A program made the position numbers and the translations under genes. A stretch of 64,000 bases of DNA from Blasia pusilla (lineage: Eukaryota), in contig CM114271.1 in assembly GCA_050084515.1 (NCBI GenBank), positions 43,276,001 to 43,340,000 on the forward strand. The letters are read 5' to 3'. Numbering within the stretch: the first letter of the stretch is position 1; each line of letters opens with the position of its first letter. The notes under the pieces were generated by a model that had not been told where the DNA came from, did not search any database, and saw nothing but the letters and a program-made list of their open reading frames with translations. This document shows positions 50,263 to 64,000 of this stretch, piece after piece.

Positions 50263-53200
50263 CATATGCCATGTGACGAAAAGTCTTCACATATGGATTG
50301 CATTCATGTAACACCTTTTTAGCCCTTGTAATATCTCATAATTAAGATTAGAAGAAGACCTGGATAAAACTCCTTCATAATTCTCCAATTCTTTTGTAGT
50401 ATCATAAATGAATAATTGAGCAAATTTCACATGATCTCTTATTTGTGGATGTAAGGATCCAATAGACTAATAGATTCTACCTTAAACCATGAGCTGGCCT
50501 GTGCTACTCACTTGCTCATTTACAGGAACCCCAATAGATGTTAATTGAAGTGCATAATTGTAAGCTCAAGCACGACTAAGAAAATAAAGGATCCTAGGAC
50601 CAATGCTTCAAATTGAAGACCTTAGATTGCCATGGTTTTGCATTTATTGCAAGATCGGTCGACCCAAGCGGGCAGAAGATTTGGGCATATAATAAAAAAA
50701 AACTTTGCAAGTTAAATAATGAAGCCCCTTGCATATCACCGTAAAAGGCTTGAAGGTTAGTGAAACATGTCTTGACATGCGGGCGCAGTTGCCCAAGATT
50801 GAATCCGCCCTCGGTGCTTCATTTGGGCAATCTCCTCTTCCTAGTCTGCCCGCATCCAAGCTCCCTGGTCTCGCAATAAATGCAAAATTGCGACTTTCTA
50901 TGGGCTTCCTCTGAAATCAACTATTTCAAGAATTGAGGAGATGAATTCAAGAAGGGTAAGCTTATCTTCTTGTGGTCACAACGTGCATCATATGGTGATC
51001 CATGAAACTTTGACCCTCTCACAATTTCACATTTTCAAGATAAAGCATGGCATGCCAGGCATATTTCTAGCATATAGATGACCCAACGTATGACAATCAC
51101 TCGTAGAATTAAAACTCCTTCATAACCACTACTTCCTAATATACCTTTCTTGGATATTTGGTCTCCTTGCAAGATTGAGAAATATATTTACTCTCACAAT
51201 TGTATAAACATTAGGCAAATGAGATTTTAGAGTCAATTGGTTCAATGCCACGATGTGTTGATAACATGATTTCATGAATAGTAGAAGGCACATGATCTAG
51301 CCTTCATGTTACTTCTTTTAAAGAGACATATATAGTTCATTTATAATAGGGGTAGTGGTAGGTAATTCATGCATCTCTTTGTGTTACATGAATTGTTGGC
51401 CTCATCGTAGAAGTAGTCCCAAGATCTTCATAGTGTGAAATGTTAGGTAACTTAAGGGCCGGGTCCCATGGGCCAGCGTCAGGCACCCAGATTGGTCGTT
51501 GTTAAAGCAAATCTGCATCGGACGGTCCATAATCTTTTGAAATGGCTGGGGTCGGGGATTTGCACAGGGAGTCCTTGGTTTTCTCAATGAGTCCTTGGTT
51601 TTCTTGCGCCCAAATTCGTTAGGCGCAAGAAAGGAGTTGCGTCCTCGTGCCCTTCAAAACCTTTTGGGGCCTTTATAACTTTGAAAAAACCAATCCTTAT
51701 GGTTCCAATTTTGTCCCTTTCCATTTGGGTCCATTCCATCCATGGATGACGGAAGGGTGACGAATAGTTTCTTGAACTTGCGAGGCCCTCTTGTAGCTAG
51801 GCTTCTCTTGGGGCAGGAAGAAAATCATGAGCAAATTTGAGATTCATAATCTCCTAAATTTGACGCAGGAAGATTTTCGAAGCACCTAAATTAGACCCAT
51901 GTGCCAATATGCTTTTGAGGCTCCTCAATTCGACTCGACCCATTAGTCATGCTTCTTTTGAGGCTCCTCAATTCAACCCATTCGCCAAGCTTCTCTCGAT
52001 GCATGAAGAAAACAAGAGCCAAAATCAGGAGCAGAATTGAGATTCACAGTTTTCCCATTGTTATGTTTCCCTTTGTATGAGGAAAAGACGAGCCCGCAAG
52101 GATATTTAGGAACATTTATGCCCATAAGGCTTACGTTGGTTCCTAAGGAGGCAGGAGTGATGCGCATGGAATGGGGAGGATTGCCATTCTAGATTGAGGG
52201 GGTCAGCAGCTGCACACTACACCGCCTCTAGCACCTCACAAACGCTCATTCACAGTGGATTTTGCCACCTCTTCAAAAAAACCTTCAACTACGGATGCGG
52301 AAACTTCTCACACAAGGTCATCAGGAAATACGACAAAGAATCATAATTGTGAATTGGGGAATCCTACAAGACCAAGCACTATTCCGTGTTGAGATGCATG
52401 CGTGCCATGGACATCAAGTGCACAACCATTTTCACTCCATTTTACGCCAATTGTGCAATAGGAGCGGTAGTGTGCCCTACCTACCTGACTTTGCTTCCAG
52501 GAGCAGAGGCCCAGCAAGACGATGTCCAACCTTCGCTTTTCTAAGGAACTTAACGATTCATTTCTGCAGATCCGCGGGTAGACGATCGCCAACCTTCTCT
52601 TTTCTCATGATCATCGCGATTCATTCCCACAAATTCTCCGGATGGATTAATGAGATCTTTTTCCAATATTCCTTTGAGGCTCCTCAATTCGACCCATCCG
52701 CTAGGCTTCTCTCAAGGCAGGAAGAAAACCAAGAGCCAAGTTTAGGATCTGAATTTAGATTCATAGTTTTCCCATCATTCCGCCTCTCTCCCTCATGCCA
52801 ACCAGTGATCACAATCCAGCCCGAGCATCTATTGAGAAAATGACTCCATCCTCTTGATCCCACTACCAACCAGGTAAATTGCTTTCTTCCGGATCTAATT
52901 TCTTAAGTGCAACAATCGAAATCACGAATTCAAATGAAAGAGATCCCCGAATGCCTGCCCAACCTCCAATTATGTCTTCCTCTCTACCCCCACTTCGTCA
53001 CTCTCTTCCAGTGTGGCCACTGCTTATCTCTCTCACCACTCTCTTGTGGGCTTCACTCGTATCAATTCTCTCCATAAATTTCCGACCAGCTCCTTACTTT
53101 GTCTAAGCATGATAACATCTTTCTTTTTTGTAGGCTGATATCATCCCCGAGTCTCAATTTGATACACTTCTTCTTGGGATGTTGGTTTGCATTCATGTTA

Positions 53201-53879
53201 GGATCGACGATTTGGTAGTGCACCTTGCATTTGGTACCATACACTTAGTAACAAATTCAGGGATTTTGTGAGTAGTCCGGACCAACGCCTATGTGTGTGT
53301 GTGCTAAGATTCATTTCATTGTATTCACTTGCGACCGAGAAGGGCTCTGCATAGAACCCTGAATCCATGGTTTTCATAGAAGCATGTCAGCTGCAGGACA
53401 ACTACGTATACAAAGAAATTGGGCAACCATCCCTATGATCACAACATGGATCATCAACCCTCACGTCGATCACAAACTCTTTAACCTAGCCAAAATCAAG
53501 CTACCACAATTGATAAATATCACCTACATGTGAAACTTATGCCTTCCAAGTTGAGGAAGGAACCACTTCATTGTGCAACTACATCTCCATGTAAACCTCA
53601 ATCAATTCATACACCACTTCCTGTAGAGAGGAGGACAACATACCCACTCGACTCACAAGGCCCTGGAGGAAGCCCGTATGACATATTTGTGGAATGACCT
53701 AACGCTTAAGTCTAGTCGAATGGTTAAGATAATAACATCTCCATAAGAGTAAGCCGAATAAGTCTATTTTTTCAACAATAAAAGTTCCACTACTCCTTTT
53801 CTTGCAAAGTCGTATTATTTTTCTCCAATCAATTTTTTCAAAAATAAAAACTTCACTCCTTTTTTTCTTGCCATTGTAG

Positions 53880-55200
53880 GAAGGAAATCATATGCATGAG
53901 GATTGTGTCATACGCGATTCTCAAGTATCAACGTAGAATGCTAAGCTGATTCCACCGACGCCTTCCGAGATCCAAATTTTTATTGCAGCAAAACGATATG
54001 AAATGGAGAGATTAGAACTGAATTATACTACTCAATCTACTATGGCCACCTTAAAATAGAAGTGGAAAAAATTGGTTGGCTTTTATTAGAAAAATGGGAT
54101 GAAGCAACCTATTCTTGATGGCCAAGCCTGCAAAACGAAATGGAATGCTCTCATAAAAGAATTCAAACAAGTAAGTTAAGTTGGTGGTATCAAATTTTTA
54201 TAATGTGACGTAGAACATGAAATTTGTTTATTTTACAATTGACACTCATGTAAGTTTTCATTACAGGTTCATGGTTGGGAGCGAAAGGCCAAAAGTGGCG
54301 AATTGTCTTACTTTGACACTCGCATGTTGAGAAAGGACCGGAAAGCAATGGGTTTACCTTCAAACTTTGATGAAGTGTATTACAAGGGTCTAGTCAAATG
54401 GCTTCCCAAAAGACAAGATGTGGACCCGGAGAGGATGGGAGTGTCGACCTTTGATACTTCACCTCTACCTGATCTTAATGTTGACTTGAATCCTCCACCC
54501 ATGAGTTTGATAGCATCACTCTTGCCCCCAGGTATATCAATATGACGAGAAGAAGGCTTGTCCATTCATTTCTTAGTATCAGTGCAAGGCTATTACTAAC
54601 TTATTGGTTGTTTATATAGAGGTGGAGTCATTTGAGATACCGAGCAACGAACCTTCTCCTCCATCGTCTTCTCTAGGTACATGAACGTGACAAGAAGAAA
54701 GTTCAATTCTTTGTTAATTTCACTTATTATGCACATATGCTACTTCTAATTTACTTATTGTTTGTAAAGATGTGAAGTCATTTAGATCCTAGTGGATACA
54801 GAAGAGATCCCAACTAACCCGCGTGCGCCTCCATCGTCTTCTCATACTGAAGGTTCTTATAGATGTCTTTAATGACTTTTGTGACTTTTTTGGTCTTATG
54901 TGGAAATGTAGTTAATGACTTTAGTGGTATTATGGCAATATAGATTTCGGCAATTTCTTTGGAAATGACAAGGAAAGTTCGAAAGGGAAGATCCTCAAGG
55001 ATGGGATTAGAGGAAAACAACGACATAATAGCTCCATGGGAGATGCCATGAAGGATTCTACTAATGCCATGATAGAAGTTATACATGATAGTCAAAGAAT
55101 GGATATTGAACAGCGAAAATTAGAGTTGGAAGTCCTAAAATAGAATGCAGATGCTCTCACAATGATATTTAGAGCCTTTTGTCATACCTTTGGTAGGGGC
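53880..55200 (+). pseudogene. PIF/Harbinger Myb/SANT (trihelix-like) DNA-binding protein, intron-containing and degenerate
   Basis: KWKKLVGFL..DGQACKTKWNALIKEFKQ|VHGWERK..SYFD..RKAMGLPSNFDEVYY; convergent with the transposase. Confidence 0.75.
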
Positions 55201-55384
55201 TTCCAAGGAAGATCTTGAGATTTTACATTAAAAAATAATTGAACTCCATTGAGGACACAATGAACAAAAATAGTCATATGAAATGTACTCATATGTAAAA
55301 CATATATATATGGATATATGAGGTACTTCTACATGTGTTCTATATGTACGTGTAATTATATGCATTTCTACAAGTATGTTGGAA

Positions 55385-57000
55385 TTACTTTTCAACTCTT
55401 GCCATGATATGCTTGAAAAGAGCATCAAGATTTCTCCTTCCTTGAAATGTTGTTTCATTGTTTGGAGGATCGCTACGACCTCGTGCTACATTCATCCTTG
55501 TCGAGGAGGAGGGATCCATGATATTATCTACTAGAGGATCTTCTCTATCTATCATGATGTTATGAAGACCACATGTAGCAAATATCATCTTCGGTAGTGC
55601 TTGTAAGTTTGGCTTGTAAATGACTCGATTAAGTATGTGCCATGTCCCTTTTAGTCGGCCGAAAGCTCTCTCCACACACATCCTCATGGAAGAATGATAA
55701 AAGTTCCAAGTGTCCTTTTGTCCAATAGGTGCTACAGGATAAGGAACTATGAGCCATGGCAAGAGTGGATATCCTGCATCACCAATAATGTACTCTCGAA
55801 TCTTCCCACCACTTCTTAATGGAAGTGAATGTCCATCTAGGATGTCATGCCTTTTAGGATAGATCGACGAGATTTAGTAGAGCGTCTTTGGAGATACTGG
55901 AGGACAACCTCAAGAGGTCAAGGATGACCTGTTGAGGCCACGGGTAACGTGAGAGAGCATGTTTCCCCTTCGTTATGGCTCATTTGGAGCCATATAGAAC
56001 AATTTACTATTTCCGATAAGTTTCCATTTGGATTAAAGTTGACGTTCCACTTTGGGAAGCGACTCTTAACACGTTACAACAGATCAAGAGCCAAGGAGGT
56101 GACCTGTGAGCATAGGTTACCGAGGAGAGAGCTTGGGAGAGGGAAGAGGGTATACCTCCAAGAGAGAGAGCTTGAGAGCTTATTCTCTCTTTGTTGAACT
56201 TCTTGGCATGAGGCGGCGGAGCTATGGTCCTCCTTGCCTTATGTGTGTAACCCAAGCCTCTCATTAGGAGAGTGGGTTTGGTTTGATATGAGAGAGAGTG
56301 CACACCATGGAGAGCTTGGTGTGAGATTTCTTAAATTTGTTGGAGATATTTTGGTACTTCTCGTCTCCTTGTTTGGATGCCATGAGTTACCATCGGATCA
56401 TGCGTGTTTATGTGTATGTTTGGTGATAGCAATGTATGTTGTGTAGCAATGTGTATGCACACGACAAGGATCCTTTGGTTGGAAGTGGCATTTTTGAAGA
56501 TTTCGAGTATCATGAATAGAAGCATGATATCCGATGAACACATCTAGAAATTACAGTCTTGAATGGACGATAGCTTGCATCGCACAAGCATAAGATTTGT
56601 TTTTATGACTATACCAAACTGTGGAATTTGCATCCGCTGGTAGTTTCATGAGGAAGTGAGTGACGTCAATTGCACCGCAATAATTTAAAAATCCATGTTG
56701 TGATTTGGAATCTGATTTCACCCTCTCCCTATGTTGTCCTTTTGGCCAAGTCACTGCCCCACGTGCCTCCTTCACAAGTGCATTAATGACTCTGAAGACA
56801 ACTTGCAAAGTTGTAGATTTTCCGATACTAAAGAGCTCTCCAATCCCCTTCATTAGATCCCGTGTGGCAAGACGTCGTCAAGTAATAGCAACTTGTCTCT
56901 TAGCACTCAACAACCTATTTGGTAAGACTTGTAGGGAATGGGGAGGATTAGAAATTAGTCGACTCCGTAACATATCACAAATGAAGTCAAATGTATTTAC
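55385..57000 (-). pseudogene. PIF/Harbinger (HARBI1-like) DDE transposase, interrupted by a solo LTR
   Basis: ELFSIGKST, CGAIDVTH, MQAIV, HDTR, IIGDAGYPLLPWLIVPY, FYHSSMRMCVERAFGRLKGTW, CGLHN. Candidate left end taa|gggccgggtcccat at 51456; right TIR not found. Confidence 0.92.
55843..56466 (+). mobile_element. Solo X+Y repeat of the methyltransferase-bearing gypsy family
   Basis: Reverse complement of 14113-14751; TGTCA...CGACA ends; perfect 4-bp TSD agga. Confidence 0.93.
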
Positions 57001-59020
57001 TAATCTAAAGAAAAAAAATATCTAAATCGCGCTAAATGATCTCTCCTTACTATAGCTTCGTTAATGAAAATACATGTGAATGTCATAGATCGTGGTAAAA
57101 TATACCAAGGAGAGAACATGCAACGTGATGTAGTACTTGACGTGGCATTCATTGTGAATTGGAAATAAAAGAGAGCACGATAATGAAGGAGGGACCTTCT
57201 ACGCCTAACTCGAAGGAAAAAAAAAGACGAGTAGAAAGAATTTGAATCACAGGAACAAAATAGATAGTCAAAAAGCACATGTTCATTGAAGCATCCATTA
57301 TGTCTTCACCTAAAATATCCATGATTTAAAAAATTGAAAGAAAAAAGAAAAAAGAAAAAAAATCCTATTATGAAAAAAGAAATGAATTGATGCAATGAGA
57401 TGCGACCGTATGAATGGACTTCCATTATTTGGTGTCTCAATAATTAGAATATTTGGAATGATCTCTACTACTTGAGCAAAAGCCGAGTGACCTTGATGTG
57501 CTTTCCTTCTTCTCTTATACTATAAGTGGCAGTCCTCTTATTTTGTCAAAGAACTACCATTTTATTACCACAAAGGGACCATTTTTCTTTTTGGGCATTG
57601 CCATGTAGAACCTTTTGATAATCACATATATCTAAGGAATTTGATGGAATTGGGAGTTTGGAACAACATGACAAGTGTTAACATGAGATGTTAAGTGGGA
57701 ATAAATTGGCATAGTGAATGGATTGGACTTACATTGGAGATATATTATTGAATGAATCATTCTGTGCCTCTACTTTGTGTGCTAGGTTCTGGGCACAAAG
57801 GGCCGACACAACTACTTTTTTGGTCCCTTGCATGCGCCAATTTGCACAAATCACGTAGGTTGGTAAGATTGAATGGAAGAGGAAGTATGCGTAGGATTTT
57901 TTTCTACTCCTCTTTTTTACCACCCTCCCGCTTCCCAACCTTCTCTCACGCTTATTTTGTTCTTCGCTTATTCCTCCTTGCCCTCCCCTCAGTTTCTTTC
58001 TCCTACGACTCCCTTGTTCGCTTCCCTCTCCCATTTGCATGCCTTCTCGTACAGTCCTTCACGACTTCTTGTGTAGTGTAGGGTTCTCTAGTGTTGGGGG
58101 CTTGAGGTGGGAAATTATTGGGATGTGCTCGTGGAGCCATGTGAAGAGCCGCTCATGTTGTCGTCCCTCTACCTTGAGTCCCTCTCCCCTCTCATCTCCT
58201 TGTCCCTTGGACTTCATGCCATAGTGTTTCTTTGATGAAGCTACAACTTGTGATTTTTCTTCCCCTTTCCATGAGTGCTCTTCCTAGCCATTCTTCTCAT
58301 TACCATTGAGTAATTCTATAGTGTGTTGCGGGGACTATCTCTTTCAAGCTGTATGGACGTATACGAGTTGAACTAGAGCAAGTGGGCCAACCAAGGGTTA
58401 GGGTGTAGCAGGACAAAGTGGGAGCAGAGCATGGAGTTGCACCAAGCGTGAGCAAGGTGTGCAACCATGGGAAAAGTGCATAGAGCGGGATATGCAAACA
58501 AAGGAGCTGGAACTCTCTGAAGAACTTGAACAATACCGATACAATGATGTTATAAAGGCAATAATATAGTTGCAAAGTTATCCTACGCCCAACTAAGTAG
58601 ACAAATAAGAACACAATACATTTGGAATCAAGTAGAAACTATTCATTGCTCAAAGTGACTTAATAAAGCTCATGGAAGCTTAACTGCTTTGGTATATGTA
58701 ATACTTGTTACATCTATACGGGAAAGTAAAGCACATGTTACTTGAGTAATTTCCGATCGAATCCTTGCATATGTGGCACTCGTTGGTGGATATCAACTAG
58801 GTAGTCCTCAAATTGAATAACAATCAAAGCCGGAAAATCGTAGAACCTAGGCCATTATTTGATGTACGTTTGTTGGGCCAAAGATTGTAATTGTCAAGAG
58901 GGGGAAAAAAAAACACGAGAAAAATTAAAAATTTGAAATGTTGATCATTATGGGTACATTGGTACATTGGACGCCCTAGGTAAGTAAGTTGCCTCTAAGA
59001 ACTAGTAAGGACACTAGTAA

Positions 59021-59371
59021 GGACCTGTAAGGGACCGTGTGATGCACGGACCCCCTATCAATAGCTCATGTTTAAACGGAACTCTCATTACCAATTATTA
59101 TGCGACCTCCTTAAACTAACCAAAAATAAATTTGAAAGAAGTCTAGTGATACATGTCATATCAAGGAGCAATTAAGAAAACTACATAATGTAATTAATAT
59201 CTATACTATTAACAGAGGAGCCACTTTTCAATGGCGACACGAGAGAATGGGACACGTATCTTTTTTGAATCAAGAAAATGACACGTGGGTAAGCGGGGCA
59301 TTCAAGTAGGGGGGCCTTAGAGGAAGGGAACATGGAGGAAATCGTGCATCGCACGGTCCCTTCACGGGCCC
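59021..59371. mobile_element. Tourist-like MITE
   Basis: ~28-bp imperfect TIR ggacctgtaagggaccgtgtgatgcacg / cgtgcatcgcacggtcccttcacgggccc; TAA TSD on both sides. Confidence 0.8.
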
Positions 59372-60921
59372 TAACTATTATAGATTTATATTTATATAAT
59401 AATGGGCGACTACGCATATATAATACGACAAGATAGCGGGGCAATAAGACAAAATAGGCAACATCCTTGAATTTTGTTTCTTGAGTCCTATTAGATGCAT
59501 ATAAATAGAAGAAAGGAAACGAATAGGGATTTGACTTGAAGTCTATATTAATTAATTAATAATTAATTTAGTGTTATAATAGGTAATTATAAAATTTAAT
59601 AAAATAGAATGAATAAAATAAATATCCAAAATTTTAGAAATTTTATCTCAATTCATATATCATGGAAAAAGGAAATAAAAATGTAATGGAGGAATAGATT
59701 TTGTTTAAATTTGATGGAAAGATAAAATTACTTAGAGTATTGGGATATCATTTAAATTTGAATGAAGAATTTTTGTTATTAATTTTATTTTTCTTCTAAA
59801 ATTTTATAAAATACAAATAATTTTTAAAATTAATTTTTTTTTCATATGTTATGAATTGATATTTTTTTTGGAATATGTGTACAACATCATTAATCCCTTA
59901 TGTGTATATTATCATTGGAAATAGTATCTTGGCTATTCGGATGTGATATTCTTATCCGTTCATTTTTCAAACTCTTAGACACTCTCAACCAATAGAATCC
60001 TTATAAACCAATAAAAGTTAATTTTCATTTTAGGCGCACACTAGTTAATAAAAATAAACCCTTTCCAGATATTTAAAAAAAATGGCCGTCGTAGGTCCGC
60101 TTCCATGTCCATATTTTTTCATTCAAGCCTCAATGTCGATTACGCGTTCGTAGAACCACGTGACACGTCGCGATTGAACCCGCGTCCCAGAAGTTGACGT
60201 GGTTGATGCCTAGAAGTTGACGTTCTGAAGGGATATGGCACGCAGTAGACTATGGTAGGTGGGCCGCTCGGAACTGCGAGAATGTTGGTCATTACTGCGC
60301 ACGAAGGCAACTCACTGGGTCGCGTTTGAATTCCTGCATGATCGGGTTCCCGGTTCCTGGAATTCAAACGCACAGGGAAAAAATAGACAACTGACCACAG
60401 ATCCAGTGCAGGACCGGTGGGAAGAGGTGCCGTTGTAGGTGAAATTTGCCGCTGCGCTTATCGATCTACCAGAGCTCCTGGAGAGCAGTCCATGTCTGCC
60501 CCCTTTCTGTGCTCCCTGGAAGACTATTTGTCTCCATCCTCTGTGTGCGTGTGTCTCTCCCTCCGTCTGTCTTCCTGTGCAAGATATTCGTTGCTGTTTT
60601 TTCGACGAGTTGTGTGTGTGTGTGTGCGTATGACTGCCCGTCTCGTATTCCAGAACGAGACGTTGGGTGCAGCACTTCGATCACCGCCACCTCTCTGCGC
60701 TGCCTGGCAGCCTCGACCTCGATCTGTTGCGGAGACTTGAGTGTCTGCCCCGGTGGATTACGATCGTCACGGAGGATGTGACAGAGCCTGAGTGGTTTTG
60801 AGAGAGTGAGCGGGAAGAAGAGACGAATTTGTTGTCGTCGGGAGCTTGGATTGGAGGTTGGACTTGTGCAGTGTGATCCTGCATTAAGGCGGTGTTGTAG
60901 CCCTTCCGCGGATTCAGGAGA

Positions 60922-63890
60922 ATGGTTTCAATGTCCGCGAGGAGCGTGAGGCAGGCCACGGGACCGACAGGTCCTGCTAAGATCACCATCATTCAAGACA
61001 AGGAGGACACGTTTGAAGAATCGAAGGAAAATATTCTCAATTGCAGTTTGTACTCTATGTTCGAGTCTCACCTGGAGACAGCGAACATGCCAGTGGAAGC
61101 TAACAAGGGCACGGGAGATGGGAAAAGAGGGCGAAGTGCTCTTCAGCCTCGAAAGCGCTCGGTCAATGAGGCGCAGTCTGGTCCAACTCGTGAGCTGACG
61201 CCTCCAGAGCTCACGACGTCGGACAACTTCAAGCCCGCCAAGCGAATCGTCGGGCCTAAACTTGCAGTTGCCGAAGGAAAGAAGCGCCTCCTTCCTATTA
61301 AAACAAGTGTCTCTCCCGCTGCTCGTGCTCCTAGTCCAGCGATGAATGCGTCCAAATTGGGAACACCTTCAGAGGCTCGGAAGCGCGAGTCGATGGGTTC
61401 TACAAGTCGCAGAGACTCGACCAAGAGGGCTTCCAGCCTTGGGCGCAGAATGAGTGTTGTACGAGTGAGTCTCGCTCGAGAGAAAGGGGGTCTTTTGAGT
61501 TTGAAGAAGGAAACGGTTTCGTCGTCGAAGAAGGTCGAGAGAACCCCTCTTAGCGCCCCAAAGGAGATGATGTTCTCAACTAAGAAAGGCCAACGATCAT
61601 CCCTAGGTGGTCTAAAGGACATGGTTTTCTCTGCCAAGAAGATCGAACGTCCTTCGCTTAGCGGTAAAAAAGACCCAGCGTTCTCTGCCAAGAAGACTGA
61701 ACAACCACCTGCTAGCATCCAGAAGGAGGTGGAGAAGGCCCGCTTGCGAGTGCTGGAAAGAAAGGCTTCCCTCGGGACAAGTTCCTCTTCAAAGCCCCCT
61801 GCTACTTCAGGTCGACCTTCCTCCGTTCTCAGCAGAGCAACATCGTCTGACACACCCGTCGATGAACCTGCGAAAAGTCGTGCCATTGCCCGGCAATCCA
61901 GCACCATCAAACTGCAGACTGAAAATATAAGATCGCACAAGCTGTCGATTGTTTTGCAAAACGAACAACGGCTTCAAGAGAAGAATGAGCAGTACGAGCT
62001 GCAGCTGCGACAGCTCCAGGAACAGCTTGTAGAAAAGGACCACGAGGTATTTCTTTCCATCTCACATATGGATGACCAGGTTGTATGGCCTTGTCCTTTC
62101 TTTCCTTGCGCTTTTGGATCGATGACTGCATTTGTCCAGCGGTGGTTACAATCACCCGACTTAGGTTGTACTGTTGCCATGTTCAGATCGAAAGGTTGAG
62201 GAGTGCAGGCCTAATTCTCAACAATCTAGTTAACTCTCAAAGTGATGAGGTGAGAGAACTCAAGTTCAGACTAAAAGAGACCTTCAACGAAAACTCGGAA
62301 GTACGTGACGTGTGCGAGAAGCTTGAGAAAGAGAGGCAGGATGCGCATGATTCAGCAATGTTGGCCAAAGAGCAACAAGAGACAAGCCGGGCACTTGAGA
62401 AGCAGTTAGCTCTACTCACATCTCAGTTGATGAACATGGGGTTAGTCAGGCCCAGGTTGTCAATTCTCTTCCTCACCCTTATGATTCTGGTGATTGTAAA
62501 ACAAGTCTCTACACGAAATTGTATAGTGGTTCCACCATGCCGACCGGGCTTATCAGGATGCCTAGGGTTTAACTTGAGTATCATCGGCCACCGTTGTGCA
62601 GCTGAGCATGAAATCGTCTCGCAGCGAAGATCATGAAGGCGGAGTTGAGGGGCAGCCTGGTCCTGCGCATGATGTGGTCCCTAGTGAGAGTACGAGTGGC
62701 GAGGAGGTTCTTCCCTCTCTCTTAATGGGATGTCTAAATGTGGCGTCTAGAATCAAAGAAGACTACCTGCAAAATCTTAAGGTGTGGTGGCTGGCTAACT
62801 CAAAAAATAATTTCTGTGATTTGGCATCATAAATAAATAATTAGTTCTTGATGTTGATGCGGTTCTTGCCGGTGAACTAAGATATACCCGGATGTCTTGT
62901 ATTTCTTCTCTGGCTCGATTCAAATGATTCATCGATTCTCTCCGCAATGCGTGACCCTTGAACCGAAGTTGTTCCTCACTTGCGAGATGATTTCTGTCGT
63001 TGTCAGCTAGGAGGGTAAGAAAGGTAAACAATAATCTTGTGAATGACGTGCTGCAGCCTCTGGAGATATGCAGTCCCAGAGAGTCCGAGGAGGACAGTGA
63101 CGAAACAGAATCATCTCCACCGCGCCCGAGCGTTCAATGGAGTGTAGCGAGTGAGCAGGTGATTTCTCTTTCCCAGACCTTGTCTCAGTTGTTCATCCAT
63201 TTGATTAAAATATTCTCACTTCAGAAATATTGCCTGCGTGTATTCACGAGATCCTCATGTAATCGTTTCCGCGGCAGCAGGGGTCATCTGACCTTTACAC
63301 CCATCTGCAACCTATTCGTTTTGGAGTCTATTCGGAAACCGGGCTGTTGTGTAGGCGGCGGTTCCTTTTCTCTTTCAGGTCTATGTGACGGGGTCACTGA
63401 CCGTGGTTGTAGTGGATCTTTTTTCCCCTTTCTGCATTTGAGGCAGGACTTTTTCGGTGTGTAGTGTGATGGATTTAGGCCTAATATGATCGCATTGGCA
63501 AATGTTCCTTTCGTTGTCTTCAATATGGAGCTATTCGTGATAATTGTGAATGGACTCTTTCTTATTCATTGATGTCACAAGATTGTTACCAAGAATATCA
63601 CACAAGGGAGTTTTCACCCGAAAGTTATTGTGATTGGTCCCGTTGTAACCCTAGCTTTTTTTTGGGATATGATTCATTTTTGGGCTTGGAGACTACGCAG
63701 TGGATTCTGATGAGGATTGAAACCTTTTACAGGAAGTGCCAGTTGTTGGGAATCATGAGGAATTTCAGTCTGCCATCCGAAGTTTGCAGGATGTAGTTGA
63801 ACGAGAAGGCAACACTACTATGGACCCAATGCCACATGAGTTTCACGTGGTAGAAGAGTGTTCCTTGGATGCTCTTGAAATTCAGAAGGA
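60922..63890 (+). CDS. Multi-exon host gene, K/R/S-rich disordered N-terminus plus coiled coil; probably continues beyond the window
   Basis: Exon 1 60922-62046 (GAG|GT), exon 2 from 62187, further exons at ~62602-62781, 63057-63158 and ~63733 onward; heptad-like LQNEQRLQEKNEQYELQLRQLQEQL. Confidence 0.75.
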
Positions 63891-64000
63891 GTTTCTAGTC
63901 AGCCAGTGCGCTATGTTCAACCCTAATGCTTGAAGCTAGACCGTAGATTATATCTCAATTTGTTCTGAGAACTGCGGAGTTATCTGATCAACATTGGCAC

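Noticed and set aside
61143-61940. 265-aa antisense ORF
   Set aside because: Shadow of the low-complexity sense exon.

Overview
Eukaryotic plant DNA, probably a non-seed land plant such as a bryophyte (inferred from the TE repertoire and GT-AG introns). The first ~31 kb is a nested transposon island. It starts with a CRE-like non-LTR element, followed by a LINE remnant carrying a Ty1/copia element (9712-30604). Inside the copia RT sits a 15.6-kb minus-strand Ty3/gypsy element (14113-29760), itself interrupted by a hAT-type MITE and a P-element-like DNA transposon. The gypsy element is the standout. Its decayed polyprotein reads Gag-PR-[DNMT3/DRM-like cytosine-5 DNA methyltransferase]-RT-RNaseH-INT-[PHD finger]. 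Its ends form split direct repeats (X...Y-X-Y) instead of two identical LTRs, although it has TG...CA ends, a DDE integrase and a 4-bp TSD. The right half holds host genes (a TPR + SGNH-like protein, an eIF4A-like RecA2-only protein, a basic/coiled-coil protein), solo LTRs, a PIF/Harbinger element and MITEs. All calls come from manual reading and translation; no searches were run.
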